A DNA stretch of 64,000 nucleotides. Origin: an uncultured virus (IMG/VR IMGVR_UViG_3300032167_000103) (Duplodnaviria; Heunggongvirae; Uroviricota; Caudoviricetes). How positions within the stretch are numbered: the first letter of the stretch is position 1; every line of letters begins with the position of its first letter. Location: positions 1 through 64,000 of IMG/VR virus record IMGVR_UViG_3300032167_000103; one strand, given 5' to 3'. The notes beneath the pieces are model-generated. The model searched no databases, had not been told where the DNA came from, and worked only from the letters and a program-made list of their open reading frames with translations. The translations under genes and the position numbers were made by a program. Positions 20,462 through 30,712 of the stretch are shown in pieces.

Positions 20462-21643
20462 ATGAATATCACAATGGATCAATATTTAGGTCTTACACAT
20501 TTAGAACAGTGGTATCGTAAATATAATCATCAATTTATTGAAATATCTGGAGTTATTGGAACAGGAGTATGGCAGATTGTCCAGAGATTCATTGATGATT
20601 TTGGATTTGATCCAAGGGAAATAATGTACCTAAGTTATGACCAAAAACAAGTATTGGAACTTGCTGCAAAACGTTATCATGCGTACTATCTTAATGGAAT
20701 AATATATAAGTATCACAGAGTTGTGAATTTAGATTCATTGCCGGTAATCAATCCTAACTCAAATGAAATCGAATATACATGGAAAAAAGAAGTACGTAAA
20801 AAGATTGATGAAAAATATAAACTAATAATCGTATTCGATTCAGTATTAATGAACCATGAGACATTAAGAGATTTAGGATCGTTCGGATTGCCTGTGATTC
20901 TTATAAGAGATCCAGCTTTAATACCATCCCCAGATTCATTTACTTATATACGAGAGCCTAATATAATATTAAATGAATTGAATGCTGATCTTATTCGTAA
21001 TCCGATTGTATATTTTGCAAATAAAGTATTACGAGGAGATAGAATTGATTTAGGTAACTATGATACAGTATCAGTAGTTCCACGAAAGCAATTAAATCTT
21101 TATAATTTAAAATCTTCAGAAATGGTAATTACTTTGAGTGATGAACTTAGTAAAACTATGAATACTATTTATAGAGAAAAAGTAATGCATTTAAAGGATA
21201 CTAAGAATATAGCTGGTGAAAGAGTAATTGTTATGAACAACATGTATGCTCATAAACTGGTCAATGAAGATGAGAAGAAAATTAAAGTTTATCTGACAAA
21301 AGGAACTGTTGGAACTATTAGTAAATGTAATAAACATGCTGAAATCACTAGATTCGTACCTATTGATTTCAAGACTGAATTTTATCATGAACCATTTACT
21401 GAGTTAATGATGGACAGACATTACCTGAACGGGGTAATGACCCCGTCCAGGCAACAAAAACCAGATGAATATATTGAATTACAATATGCATATGCTTTAT
21501 CAACATCTCTTAGTAGATTATCTCATTGGGATAAAGTTACTGTCATTGCTGATAACAATGAAGAGTATGATGAAGAAACACAACGAAGATTATTATACAA
21601 TGCTATTTCACGAGCGAAACGTTCTATGACATTAGTAATTTAA
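20462..21643 (+). CDS. Dda/RecD-like SF1B helicase homologue with degenerate ATPase motifs
   Basis: ISGVIGTGVW, IIVFDS, RDPALIPS, YAYALS..SRLSHWDKV and LLYNAISRAK line up with SF1B motifs I, II, III, V and VI. Confidence 0.7.
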   Translation: MNITMDQYLGLTHLEQWYRKYNHQFIEISGVIGTGVWQIVQRFIDDFGFDPREIMYLSYDQKQVLELAAKRYHAYYLNGIIYKYHRVVNLDSLPVINPNSNEIEYTWKKEVRKKIDEKYKLIIVFDSVLMNHETLRDLGSFGLPVILIRDPALIPSPDSFTYIREPNIILNELNADLIRNPIVYFANKVLRGDRIDLGNYDTVSVVPRKQLNLYNLKSSEMVITLSDELSKTMNTIYREKVMHLKDTKNIAGERVIVMNNMYAHKLVNEDEKKIKVYLTKGTVGTISKCNKHAEITRFVPIDFKTEFYHEPFTELMMDRHYLNGVMTPSRQQKPDEYIELQYAYALSTSLSRLSHWDKVTVIADNNEEYDEETQRRLLYNAISRAKRSMTLVI

Positions 21644-22947
21644 TTTTGTTTAGAACATTTCTTCAGAACTATTTGGTGTGATGATTTCATATACTGACCA
21701 GACTCTGCCATTATAAAATGATACGCATATGCAATACGGTAAGTAAATGAACCGTATTCTCGTTGTTTAGAGGCTTCTTCGAATACTAATTTGTATGTTT
21801 TATTTAAAGTGAATGCATTTATATCTAAATTTTCTCCACTGATATAAATTACACATTCATTTTCTTCCATACGAGCTTGTAAAATAGATGGTGTATACTT
21901 ATTGTCATCTTTACGTGTATAACGAATATACTCATTTCGTTGATTCATAAAAGACTGATCAGCAGAAGCTGTGTCAATAGTAATATCATCAGTAATAACT
22001 ACTTTAGCTTCACTACCCATTTCTGCATTTTTAGAAATAGATGGTTTTTGTGGACTAACATTTTCTTCAGGTATATCAATATAGAAAACTTTTTCTTCTG
22101 GTTTACGTACCATACCATTACCTGGTGTAGCTTTATCACGCACTGGAATAAGGAAAGTTGTTTCAGTCCACTCATCTTTTTCTTTAGCAGTAACTTTACC
22201 ATTGGTATTGATGATATAAAGTTTATTCAAATCATAAAATATTGAAGCTCCAAACTTATATAGTCCATAATATTGATCTAAGTATATCAATCCTTTATAT
22301 GCAGGATTAGATGGAACTAATAATTCTTGATATACCTCGTCATTTTCAATTGGACTCATTAAAACTTTTTTATGTCCAGTTTCTGTAAGTAATTCACCTA
22401 CAATATCTTGAAGTGGTGCAGAAGTAAATACTTTATTAAAAGTTTTATTTGAAGCATTTAATATTTTTGGATTGAATAGATATATATCAAAAGCCTCTTG
22501 AGATGTGAAATAATCTTCTCCTTCGAGATCATTAGAATTATATTCAGTACCAGTATCCATTTCCTCAGTTTGTTCCATAGACTTTGTGTCAATAGACTCA
22601 TCGTCATCATTTAAATAGATACTAAATTCTATGTTCCAAACCTCTTCTGGTCCTGTTATAATGGTCTCAGCTTCTCTGTCAAGACCAAGTTTATCTAACG
22701 CAAATTTTACAGTGATTTCTCTTTTATTTTTGATGACCCACAATTTATGTTTAGTATCCATACGTAGTTTGACCTTTAATATGGATCTAATATTAAATTC
22801 GAAATCATCGAGTTTTTCAATTGATAAAATATTAGTGAAATCTAATTCAAATTTTTCAGTACCTTTAGCAAGTATTAACATTGGTACATTATATTTACAA
22901 AGAAATACAGAGTCTTCTTTTTCATTAACTAATTCTTTTATAGCCAT
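21640..22947 (-). CDS. hypothetical protein, probably virion structural
   Basis: About 435-aa ORF, AAGGAGG RBS before MAIKEL. Confidence 0.6.
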   Translation of the reverse strand: MAIKELVNEKEDSVFLCKYNVPMLILAKGTEKFELDFTNILSIEKLDDFEFNIRSILKVKLRMDTKHKLWVIKNKREITVKFALDKLGLDREAETIITGPEEVWNIEFSIYLNDDDESIDTKSMEQTEEMDTGTEYNSNDLEGEDYFTSQEAFDIYLFNPKILNASNKTFNKVFTSAPLQDIVGELLTETGHKKVLMSPIENDEVYQELLVPSNPAYKGLIYLDQYYGLYKFGASIFYDLNKLYIINTNGKVTAKEKDEWTETTFLIPVRDKATPGNGMVRKPEEKVFYIDIPEENVSPQKPSISKNAEMGSEAKVVITDDITIDTASADQSFMNQRNEYIRYTRKDDNKYTPSILQARMEENECVIYISGENLDINAFTLNKTYKLVFEEASKQREYGSFTYRIAYAYHFIMAESGQYMKSSHQIVLKKCSKQN

Positions 22948-23038
22948 AAACAATAAACCTCCTTTAAATTAGGGGATAAATAATACTATTGATTAACTTA
23001 AGTTAAATATAAAGTAACATAGAAAGGAATGAGATAAA

Positions 23039-23989
23039 ATGTCTAAATTAATTCGAATGAAAGATAAAGTATCTACAATCGATGACAAGCAAATTGGCGG
23101 ATTACGTGGTGAAGTTATTTTTGGTATCGGACGTCATGATGTTCATTATACTGATCCATATGGTAACCCAGCAGTGAGATCAGAATTTGAAAAGGAACTA
23201 TTTAGAAGTGAAAATATTGTTCCTATTGGGGGTTATCAATTTGCCTTCGATAAACTGTTCAATATTGGATTAGATCAGAATACTACTTTACGAGTAGGAG
23301 ATCTCAATGATGAAGCTCCTCAAATGAAAATTGGTGTTCCAAGAGGTAGATATAAATCTATCCACTACAATGCTGAAACTAATATTGGGGGAACAGAAAA
23401 TCTTCCAAAAAACGGTGGAATTAACATTTCTGCGATGAATTTTGTATTTGGTTTCATGATTGGTGACGGTGGATGTAGAGAAGACAATATCACTCCTATT
23501 GCTCCTGATTATAAAAATAGATCTTTGTATAGACCTATTCCATTTAGAATGAGCAATGATGGTTATCCATTTCCAAGAGGTAAATATTTTGGCAAATCAG
23601 ATCTTTATAGTAATAACTCAAATATTATCACTTCATATTATGTAAAGAAATTTGATAATCCAGATCCTCATATTGTTCATGTTTGGGTTACTAATCGTAA
23701 TGGTGAAATGGAAATTGTTGATGATACAGTATTTTCCTCTACATCTAGTGCAGCGATTGAATCATATGTAGAAATGAATTTTTCTATTGATGAAAATGAT
23801 TGTAGAGGTTTCTTTACCACTACAGATAGTACTCCTAGAGTAAGTGAATTGGCTCTTGTATCTGGTTGGTACAACTCAGAAGAAGATGATTATGAATCAT
23901 TAAGAATTTTTACTAAATATACTCGTCCAGTTATTGCATTAGCTGAAGGAGATTCAATTGAAGGTATTTATCGTCTTTATGCAAGATAA
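23039..23989 (+). CDS. putative baseplate/tail structural protein
   Basis: 316-aa beta-rich ORF; N...IGDGG...SELALVSG pattern seen in baseplate proteins; function inferred. Confidence 0.45.
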   Translation: MSKLIRMKDKVSTIDDKQIGGLRGEVIFGIGRHDVHYTDPYGNPAVRSEFEKELFRSENIVPIGGYQFAFDKLFNIGLDQNTTLRVGDLNDEAPQMKIGVPRGRYKSIHYNAETNIGGTENLPKNGGINISAMNFVFGFMIGDGGCREDNITPIAPDYKNRSLYRPIPFRMSNDGYPFPRGKYFGKSDLYSNNSNIITSYYVKKFDNPDPHIVHVWVTNRNGEMEIVDDTVFSSTSSAAIESYVEMNFSIDENDCRGFFTTTDSTPRVSELALVSGWYNSEEDDYESLRIFTKYTRPVIALAEGDSIEGIYRLYAR

Positions 23990-23992
23990 TAT

Positions 23993-24026
23993 AAAGGAAT
24001 GGGGCTGTTTTAGCCCCATTCCTTTT
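23993..24026 (+). terminator. hairpin terminator
   Basis: AAAGGAATGGGGCT/AGCCCCATTCCTTT stem. Confidence 0.75.
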
Positions 24027-24112
24027 GTCATTTATTCAATAAAAAGTGGTTAACGTTTGAATAAAGGAATATCCTGATTGTTACAAAAATAAAGAAAAGG
24101 AGATGAGAAGAT

Positions 24113-24730
24113 ATGACACGTCCAAAAAATAAATCGTTTATAAATATTGAAACGATTCTAATTTTATCAATTGCAATCTGTATCATATTCCTCAATAGTT
24201 ACACTACTACTAAAATTGCTCAATTAGAACAAGCAGGTACTGAAGCAATGTTCATTAAAGAGGGTCTTGAATTCCCAGAAAGTCAAGAACTCGAAAGTGA
24301 AATTATTAAATACCGACCTGATGGGTGTAAAATGATTGAAATGTATAATGATGAATTTGAATTAATGTTTGCAATTCAATTTGATCAAGGTTATCATGAA
24401 CATGACACTGATATTACACAATACTCAGAAATGATTGAGATTCTAAGTAGTAACAAAGAGGGTCAAACATCAATTAACCATGATGATTATGAAGAAGAAG
24501 TTTATTTTCAATGGGTGACAAATGATGTCGGAGAAGATAGACTTGTAATTGTCTATAGTACGAAAGATAATGTAGAAAACATATGGGTATTTTCACTAGT
24601 ATGTTATCTAGTACTTATTCTGGTATTTGCATTACTAATTAGACTACATCTGAAAGAATACAATGCCAAAATTAATCACTATAAACAAATATCTAGCAAT
24701 GCTATAGATGAGGTTAATAGAAAACATTAA
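24113..24730 (+). CDS. two-TM membrane protein with extracytoplasmic sensor-like domain
   Basis: TM helices at about residues 10-28 and 157-178 flank an acidic ~125-aa loop; short cytoplasmic tail. Confidence 0.65.
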   Translation: MTRPKNKSFINIETILILSIAICIIFLNSYTTTKIAQLEQAGTEAMFIKEGLEFPESQELESEIIKYRPDGCKMIEMYNDEFELMFAIQFDQGYHEHDTDITQYSEMIEILSSNKEGQTSINHDDYEEEVYFQWVTNDVGEDRLVIVYSTKDNVENIWVFSLVCYLVLILVFALLIRLHLKEYNAKINHYKQISSNAIDEVNRKH

Positions 24731-24755
24731 AATTTCATCGAGGGGAGATATTTGT

Positions 24756-25400
24756 ATGAAGATTAATAAACCGAAATTCAATTTTAAAGATAAATTCAAA
24801 TGGATACGTTATGAAGTATTTCTGATGATTGCAATCATACTTGGTTTAATGTATATGAATCTATATGAGAATATGGTACACCATAATACATTTCTTAGTG
24901 TTTCACCAGATACTGTTAATATTGCTATTCTTCATAATTCTGAAGATGCACGAGTGTTTGCTGAACAAGGATGGCCAATTATAGAATTCCCTCTAGATGC
25001 AACTCAATTTATCACATTATATGATGAAAATCAAAATGAAATATCACAAATTATTCTTGGGGATATTTTCAATCTATATAATGATATTGATGGATTACAA
25101 AACTGGTGGGATATATTTGAAAGAAATGAATATGGATACATAAATCTCAGTTCAATGGGTTCAAATATGATAGTTAATTATCAATGGATACATTTTGATG
25201 ATACATCCTATTTGTTAGTATATAATACAGATATTTCCATGAAAAACATGTTAAATGCATTTAACATTGTTTCATATGCAACTATCATTCTTTCCTTCAT
25301 AGCGTTGGTGAGTGCAATATATTGGAGATATCATGGATTAACAAATACTTACAAGAAATTGAATGAAGAAGTTCAAAAAATCATTCACCAACGAGAATAA
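24756..25400 (+). CDS. two-TM membrane protein, probable paralogue of the upstream gene
   Basis: Same topology; shared LEFP/IEFP, IxxYxE and FQW/YQW...LVY motifs; start after GAGGGGAG. Confidence 0.65.
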   Translation: MKINKPKFNFKDKFKWIRYEVFLMIAIILGLMYMNLYENMVHHNTFLSVSPDTVNIAILHNSEDARVFAEQGWPIIEFPLDATQFITLYDENQNEISQIILGDIFNLYNDIDGLQNWWDIFERNEYGYINLSSMGSNMIVNYQWIHFDDTSYLLVYNTDISMKNMLNAFNIVSYATIILSFIALVSAIYWRYHGLTNTYKKLNEEVQKIIHQRE

Positions 25401-25441
25401 TGTAATAGATATTCAACCATAGGAAGGAGGACTGATGCATT

Positions 25442-25849
25442 GTGGATCAATATCTATCAACAGTTATTATTGCAATAATAACAGGTGTTTTTTCTGTGAT
25501 CACATTATTGATACAAAAGAAACAAGATAAAGTGATTAGTAAAATCGATGAACAAACATTATTCATTGAACGAGAAAAAGCACTTAAACAAAAATTAACA
25601 AAAAAGGAGACAGAACGTGAAACATTAATTCATGAAATTATGATTCTCATTCTTGACACTAATTTATATATCATGAAAAACACCAATGCAGGTGGTGATG
25701 TAACACCTACAGATGAAACCATGAAAGCTTCTGAGGATTTGAAGAATCGATTCAACTCCGTGTCAGATGAAATTGATGAACTCACGAAGGAATATGAAAT
25801 GATTCTTGATCTCAGTAAAGAATATCAAAAAGAAGTCAAGAAGCATTAA
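25442..25849 (+). CDS. single-TM coiled-coil protein
   Basis: GTG start after AAGGAGG; N-terminal TM helix followed by a coiled coil. Confidence 0.7.
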   Translation: MDQYLSTVIIAIITGVFSVITLLIQKKQDKVISKIDEQTLFIEREKALKQKLTKKETERETLIHEIMILILDTNLYIMKNTNAGGDVTPTDETMKASEDLKNRFNSVSDEIDELTKEYEMILDLSKEYQKEVKKH

Positions 25850-25867
25850 CCTCCTTTAAAGTCTATC

Positions 25868-25908
25868 AAATGTGTAAAGGTAGGGATAATCCCTACCTTT
25901 ACACATTT
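25868..25908. terminator. palindromic hairpin
   Basis: AAATGTGTAAAGGTAGGGAT-A-ATCCCTACCTTTACACATTT. Confidence 0.7.
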
Positions 25909-25914
25909 CTCATT

Positions 25915-25924
25915 TATATATTAT
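25915..25924 (+). promoter_or_regulatory. putative phage promoter TATATATTAT
   Basis: Recurrent motif just after the hairpin, upstream of 26063. Confidence 0.5.
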
Positions 25925-26062
25925 AGACTAAATGACTGGTAAAATATATAACTTTCACCTTTGTATTGATAAATTAAAAGTTATTTGATTATCTACTATG
26001 AGGGTAAAGTTGTGTAGCAACTGGTGATTTGCAAAAATATTATATTAAAGGAGGATTTACCC

Positions 26063-26632
26063 ATGAAGACGGTAAACGAAACACTAAGCAAGGTAAAAGG
26101 TAGCGACAAAGTTAATGACATTCTTACAGGCAAAGGCAGCTTCTCTCAGGCAGGATTTAGTGATCTTGTAAATGCAATGGTTAATGATACTACATTCAAG
26201 GTTACTACTTATGGCAAGGATGGTAAGGCCAATGGAGAACTCTCTATCAGTGAAATGATTAGAGATGACTTGAAGAAGACTCTTGACAAGGCTAAGTATC
26301 CTCAGAAGTCTGAAGCTGATGTACTTAACAATTGTGAGATTGTTACAAACGGACTTGCAAAGGCTATTCCTCAGATTGTAATGCAGCAGCTTGCATGCGG
26401 TAAGAAGTTTGATCTTCCTACTCAGGAAAAGATGGTAGGTAGTATCTATCTTGCTAATAATCCTGGTAAGGTTAAGGATGTACAGATTCGTGATCCTAAG
26501 ACTCAGGAAAATCTTGGTACAGCTACAATTACAACTCAGGATTCTATTCAGGTTCGTGTTAAGAGTCCTGTACCTCAGCATCTTTCCACAAAGGTTCGTA
26601 AGGATGTAAATGGTAAGGTAGTAAATCAGTAA
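26063..26632 (+). CDS. basic protein with HU/IHF-like C-terminal region
   Basis: LACGKKFDL...GSIYL...IRDPKTQENLG resembles the HU arm GRNPxTGE; AAG-biased codons; AAGGAGG RBS. Confidence 0.45.
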   Translation: MKTVNETLSKVKGSDKVNDILTGKGSFSQAGFSDLVNAMVNDTTFKVTTYGKDGKANGELSISEMIRDDLKKTLDKAKYPQKSEADVLNNCEIVTNGLAKAIPQIVMQQLACGKKFDLPTQEKMVGSIYLANNPGKVKDVQIRDPKTQENLGTATITTQDSIQVRVKSPVPQHLSTKVRKDVNGKVVNQ

Positions 26633-26649
26633 TTAATCAGCATCATTAA

Positions 26650-26685
26650 AATACAGAGGATCCCATTCATGGGATCCTCTGTATT
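26650..26685 (+). terminator. hairpin terminator
   Basis: AATACAGAGGATCCCAT/ATGGGATCCTCTGTATT stem. Confidence 0.7.
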
Positions 26686-26835
26686 ATTTGTTTCATGTAA
26701 TATTGACATTAATTGTTTTATAAAATTATTTTTAGTTACATGAATATACTAAAATGATAAAAGTTGCTCTATATGAGCAATGGTGAAATTTATAAGGCGT
26801 TTTTTTAATAAAAACTATTTTAGGAGGACAATCCG

Positions 26836-27624
26836 ATGTATATTGATAATCAAAATAATTTTATGAGACGTTTAATGATAATACTAATGGTCCATTTTAT
26901 TATGACATTTATACTTGTATATGGACCAATATATTCAAATGTAACTCAGCATACTGCAATGGTTGTAAATGCTGCTGGAAATAATATTGAATATAACGGT
27001 GTTGAATATACTAATATTAATACACTAACTGAGGAACCTGCCATTGAAACTGTTACAATACTTTTATCAATGTCTGGAAGTATTACATATGAAAGTTCAA
27101 TAGTAGAAGAAATTTCTGAACCAGTAGAAATTATTGAAACACCACCTGTAGTGGAAATCGCTTCTGAATCTGAGGAAATGTCCATAATGGAGAAAACTAT
27201 AGTTGATGAAGTTATCGAGGAAGAAACAACTCCAGAATTATCATATAACTTTAGTGAAGTTCCATTAAGTGAAGGAGATTTAGAAGCAGTAATTAATAAT
27301 TGTGAAAACTTTGGTATACCAATACCTATTGCTTTAGGTCTTATAGATGTCGAATCTGATTTTAATACAACTGCAGTATCATCTAGTGGATGTTATGGTT
27401 TGATGCAACTACATCCAAAATATTTTGACACAAGTACTTCTACTCAACAACAAATCCATGACGGATTCGAATATCTATCATCACATTATAAAAAGTATGA
27501 AGACTGGATTTCTGCTCTTAATTGTTACAATGCAGGTCATTACACAGGAGATACCAAATATCCAAATAAAGTAATGAGAGATGCTGAAAAATGGTCTGAA
27601 ATAACTGGAATTCCAATAGAGTAA
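26836..27624 (+). CDS. membrane-anchored lytic transglycosylase (SLT domain)
   Basis: LIDVESDFN (catalytic Glu), GCYGLMQL, ALNCYNAG; N-terminal TM helix and acidic linker. Confidence 0.88.
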   Translation: MYIDNQNNFMRRLMIILMVHFIMTFILVYGPIYSNVTQHTAMVVNAAGNNIEYNGVEYTNINTLTEEPAIETVTILLSMSGSITYESSIVEEISEPVEIIETPPVVEIASESEEMSIMEKTIVDEVIEEETTPELSYNFSEVPLSEGDLEAVINNCENFGIPIPIALGLIDVESDFNTTAVSSSGCYGLMQLHPKYFDTSTSTQQQIHDGFEYLSSHYKKYEDWISALNCYNAGHYTGDTKYPNKVMRDAEKWSEITGIPIE

Positions 27625-27657
27625 TAAAATCATAAACAATAAATCAAAGGAGGTTTA

Positions 27658-27900
27658 TTGTTTATGGACGCACACGATATCGAAATTCTAAAAGAATTTT
27701 TCAAAACAGAACCTATTCGTACCAGAGGAACTGCGGAAGGTATTATCGTAAAAGGGAGAAGAAAACAAATTAAAATTTACGATGGTCGAAATGGAACATA
27801 CCAGATCCAAGCTTTTAAAAACGGATCAACAATTCCATATCTTGTAGATGAAATACCTACGTATTCTCTTAGAGAATATATTGCCCGCTTGTATGAATAA
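27658..27900 (+). CDS. small hypothetical protein
   Basis: About 80-aa ORF after AAGGAGG. Confidence 0.6.
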   Translation: MFMDAHDIEILKEFFKTEPIRTRGTAEGIIVKGRRKQIKIYDGRNGTYQIQAFKNGSTIPYLVDEIPTYSLREYIARLYE

Positions 27901-27918
27901 AAAGAAAGGTGAAAACAT

Positions 27919-28074
27919 ATGAACGAACACCGAGATGAATTAAAATTTCCTTGTACATATAATGAAAATAAACTTACAACAGTTTCGTTATGTATGAGAT
28001 GTAAAGAATCTAACAATTGCGATTTATATGCAACAATGTTAGATGAAGCAGAAGAATATAATAAAGATGAATAA
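27919..28074 (+). CDS. 51-aa four-Cys protein (not in ORF track)
   Basis: MNEHRDELKFPCTYNENKLTTVSLCMRCKESNNCDLYATMLDEAEEYNKDE; GAAAGGTG RBS. Confidence 0.55.
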   Translation: MNEHRDELKFPCTYNENKLTTVSLCMRCKESNNCDLYATMLDEAEEYNKDE

Positions 28075-28111
28075 AAAATAATGGTGGGCGTTATACCCAC
28101 CATTATTTTTT
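28075..28111. terminator. bidirectional terminator
   Basis: AAAATAATGGTGGG/CCCACCATTATTTT between convergent genes. Confidence 0.8.
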
Positions 28112-28113
28112 AT

Positions 28114-28467
28114 TCATCTATCGTCATCTTTATCTTTTGATTTATGACAACTTCCACCTACAAAGATTCCCAACGCAAATGCTCCAACAATTCCAGCAAT
28201 AGCGAAGTTACGATTTCTAACGTTATTCTCGTATACACGATTTAACATTAAACCAAATTCGTCATTGTTATTCGAAGGGAACAAATCCGTAGAAATTGCA
28301 ATTACATCAGGAGCTTTCTCTTGTAGAGATTCTGAAGAATGAGGTTGGTATACAGTTGCCATAACTCGATTCAGATTTTTTCTACTAGGTGGTAGACCTT
28401 TTGTAACATAATCTACTATGTCATATTGGGTTTCGTATACTACGTTTTCTGGTTTTACTAATAACAT
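28114..28467 (-). CDS. hypothetical protein with C-terminal TM helix
   Basis: Start at MLLVKP after AAGGAGG; promoter motif at 28522-28531. Confidence 0.7.
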   Translation of the reverse strand: MLLVKPENVVYETQYDIVDYVTKGLPPSRKNLNRVMATVYQPHSSESLQEKAPDVIAISTDLFPSNNNDEFGLMLNRVYENNVRNRNFAIAGIVGAFALGIFVGGSCHKSKDKDDDR

Positions 28468-28613
28468 ATTATTTACCTCCTTATATGTGTTTTGAAGATA
28501 ATTATTAATCTTCTTATTCGTATAATATATCATCTTAGCATTACCATAAACGTATATGGTAGAACGGAATTAATAAAGATATATCGTAATAAACATAAGG
28601 AGGCTTCAGGATT

Positions 28614-30635
28614 ATGTCAGATAATACAAACCTAATGCGTGAACTTTATATCCTTGAGGATGAAAACAATCCTTATGGGTCTAGATCTAAAGGTATATGG
28701 CCACCTACTATATTAGATCAGGTATATGATAACTTATCTCCTACAAATAAAACACTGAGAACTATTTTAGAAGAATTAAGACATGATATTCTTACTGGGG
28801 GAATTGGCAATATTACATTTCCAGTCACAACTGTTAATGGAATGAATGGAGATGTAATTATTAATGCGAAACATTTAGGTTTAGAAAATGTTGATAATAC
28901 ATCTGATAATGAAAAACCATTATCAAAACCTCAACGTCTTGCAGTGATGGAACTTCTAAAAGGATTCAAATATGAAGTAGATTTAAGTGATTTATATGAC
29001 CATATTAGAGACTCAAATAATCCTCATGGAATAACTTTTGAACACATTAATCGAAATAATGAGATTGGAAATTATATCTCTCAATATATCTTGAAACATG
29101 AAAATGATCAAACATCTCATCAAGATATTAGAAATTTAATCAAGGATATTGATTATTCTGTTAAAAATATTCACAATGATGTTGAAGAAAGAATTTCTAT
29201 TGCTCTTAGAATTTTGGATCAACATTATGCAGATGAAGGAGCACATTCACCTTTATTTGATAAAAAAGAAGATGTATTGAATAAAGTATTTGATTTTGAA
29301 AATGTTGATCATAAACGATATCCATCCGTAAGAGCAGTTGTAGATTATGTAACATCCGTAGCTAATACTTTAAGATCTGAGATCACTACAATAGAAAACT
29401 GGATAGATGATATTATCGTTATTAGATCAAGAGATGATTTGCCATCTGCAAGTATTAAGACTTACCGTAAAGCATATTTCATTCGTAGAGGATTAAATAA
29501 TAATGATGAGATTGCCATTTGTCGAATAAATCCTGATAATACAACTTATTCTTGGGATATTTCTACATTTGATACGTATGCAAAATTTGATGAATCTTAT
29601 TTTATTAACACAGATGATGGTTTATCTCTAAATACAACTAATATAGCTGAAACATTAATCAATGAAGGAAATATGAATAAAGGTATTTCTGAAATTGTTA
29701 ATTCAGTATTATTTGAATCCACTGCAATAATCAATTTCAATATTAATGAACTAGGAGAATTAACTGTTGAATATGATGAAAGATATCCTGATCCTATTCT
29801 ATATATTGATGAAAATGGTGAATTGATACTAGAAGCAGATGATGGAACTCTTTCTGAATTCTTGGTTGAAAATTGTAACTTCGAAATTGTAAATGGACGA
29901 TTAATTCTTACAACTGAAGATATTGATATTGTAAATATTGGACATGGAAAGATTGCTAATTACTATACGAAGGATGAAATCGATGAATTTTCATTCATTA
30001 ATAGTATTCAGATATTATCAGGAACAGAGAATGGAACCATTCGATATTATATAAATAACGATATATCTACAATGTCTCCTGATATTAAAGTTACTGGTAT
30101 TAATAAACTCGCATTTCTTGAAAAGGTAACTGAAAATGAAATAGAAGACAACTCAGTCCATTCTCAACACATTCTAAACAGGGCAATTCAATATCGTCAT
30201 ATGGGAGAAAAGGCAGTATCTGCTGAAAATATGAGAGGATCTTACAATACTATATTTGGCAATGTTGAAGATTCTCAAGGTAACACGGTTAGAGAGATTC
30301 CTTTGACATATCTTGTAGAAGTTTTTCAGCCATATATTAAAGATTTTATTGCTCAGTATTTAACATCTTCTCCTGAAATGAAGTCAATACTAAAGGATAT
30401 CTATGAAGAAATAATTGCTGAGGAAATCATGAGTGAAGCTCCTATTACATTAACCATTCAAGATGGTTCATTAATAGCAACTTATGATGAGACTCAGTAT
30501 AGTGAACCTGATATTGAAATTGATAAAGACGGGTATTTGATTTTAAATTCATCAGATACTGCAATTGATCAATACTTGGAAAGTATTTTCTTTAATATAG
30601 TTGATTCAACGTTAGTAATGACCGTAAATGAATAA
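28614..30635 (+). CDS. tail fibre/receptor-binding-associated protein
   Basis: VTTVNG, LGLENVDNTSDNEKPLS and HIRDSNNPHG motifs typical of tail fibres; shared with ORF 40116-44633. Confidence 0.6.
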   Translation: MSDNTNLMRELYILEDENNPYGSRSKGIWPPTILDQVYDNLSPTNKTLRTILEELRHDILTGGIGNITFPVTTVNGMNGDVIINAKHLGLENVDNTSDNEKPLSKPQRLAVMELLKGFKYEVDLSDLYDHIRDSNNPHGITFEHINRNNEIGNYISQYILKHENDQTSHQDIRNLIKDIDYSVKNIHNDVEERISIALRILDQHYADEGAHSPLFDKKEDVLNKVFDFENVDHKRYPSVRAVVDYVTSVANTLRSEITTIENWIDDIIVIRSRDDLPSASIKTYRKAYFIRRGLNNNDEIAICRINPDNTTYSWDISTFDTYAKFDESYFINTDDGLSLNTTNIAETLINEGNMNKGISEIVNSVLFESTAIINFNINELGELTVEYDERYPDPILYIDENGELILEADDGTLSEFLVENCNFEIVNGRLILTTEDIDIVNIGHGKIANYYTKDEIDEFSFINSIQILSGTENGTIRYYINNDISTMSPDIKVTGINKLAFLEKVTENEIEDNSVHSQHILNRAIQYRHMGEKAVSAENMRGSYNTIFGNVEDSQGNTVREIPLTYLVEVFQPYIKDFIAQYLTSSPEMKSILKDIYEEIIAEEIMSEAPITLTIQDGSLIATYDETQYSEPDIEIDKDGYLILNSSDTAIDQYLESIFFNIVDSTLVMTVNE

Positions 30636-30637
30636 TG

Positions 30638-30670
30638 GTATGGAGAGGCTTATCATAAGCCTCTCCATAC
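30638..30670 (+). terminator. hairpin
   Basis: GTATGGAGAGGCTTA/TAAGCCTCTCCATAC stem. Confidence 0.7.
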
Positions 30671-30712
30671 TTTACTATTTTATTAATTATTCTCATTTTG
30701 GAGGGATTAAAT

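Noticed and set aside
26703..26731. Host sigma-A promoter (TTGACA at 26703)
   Set aside because: No convincing -10 hexamer at 16-18 nt spacing
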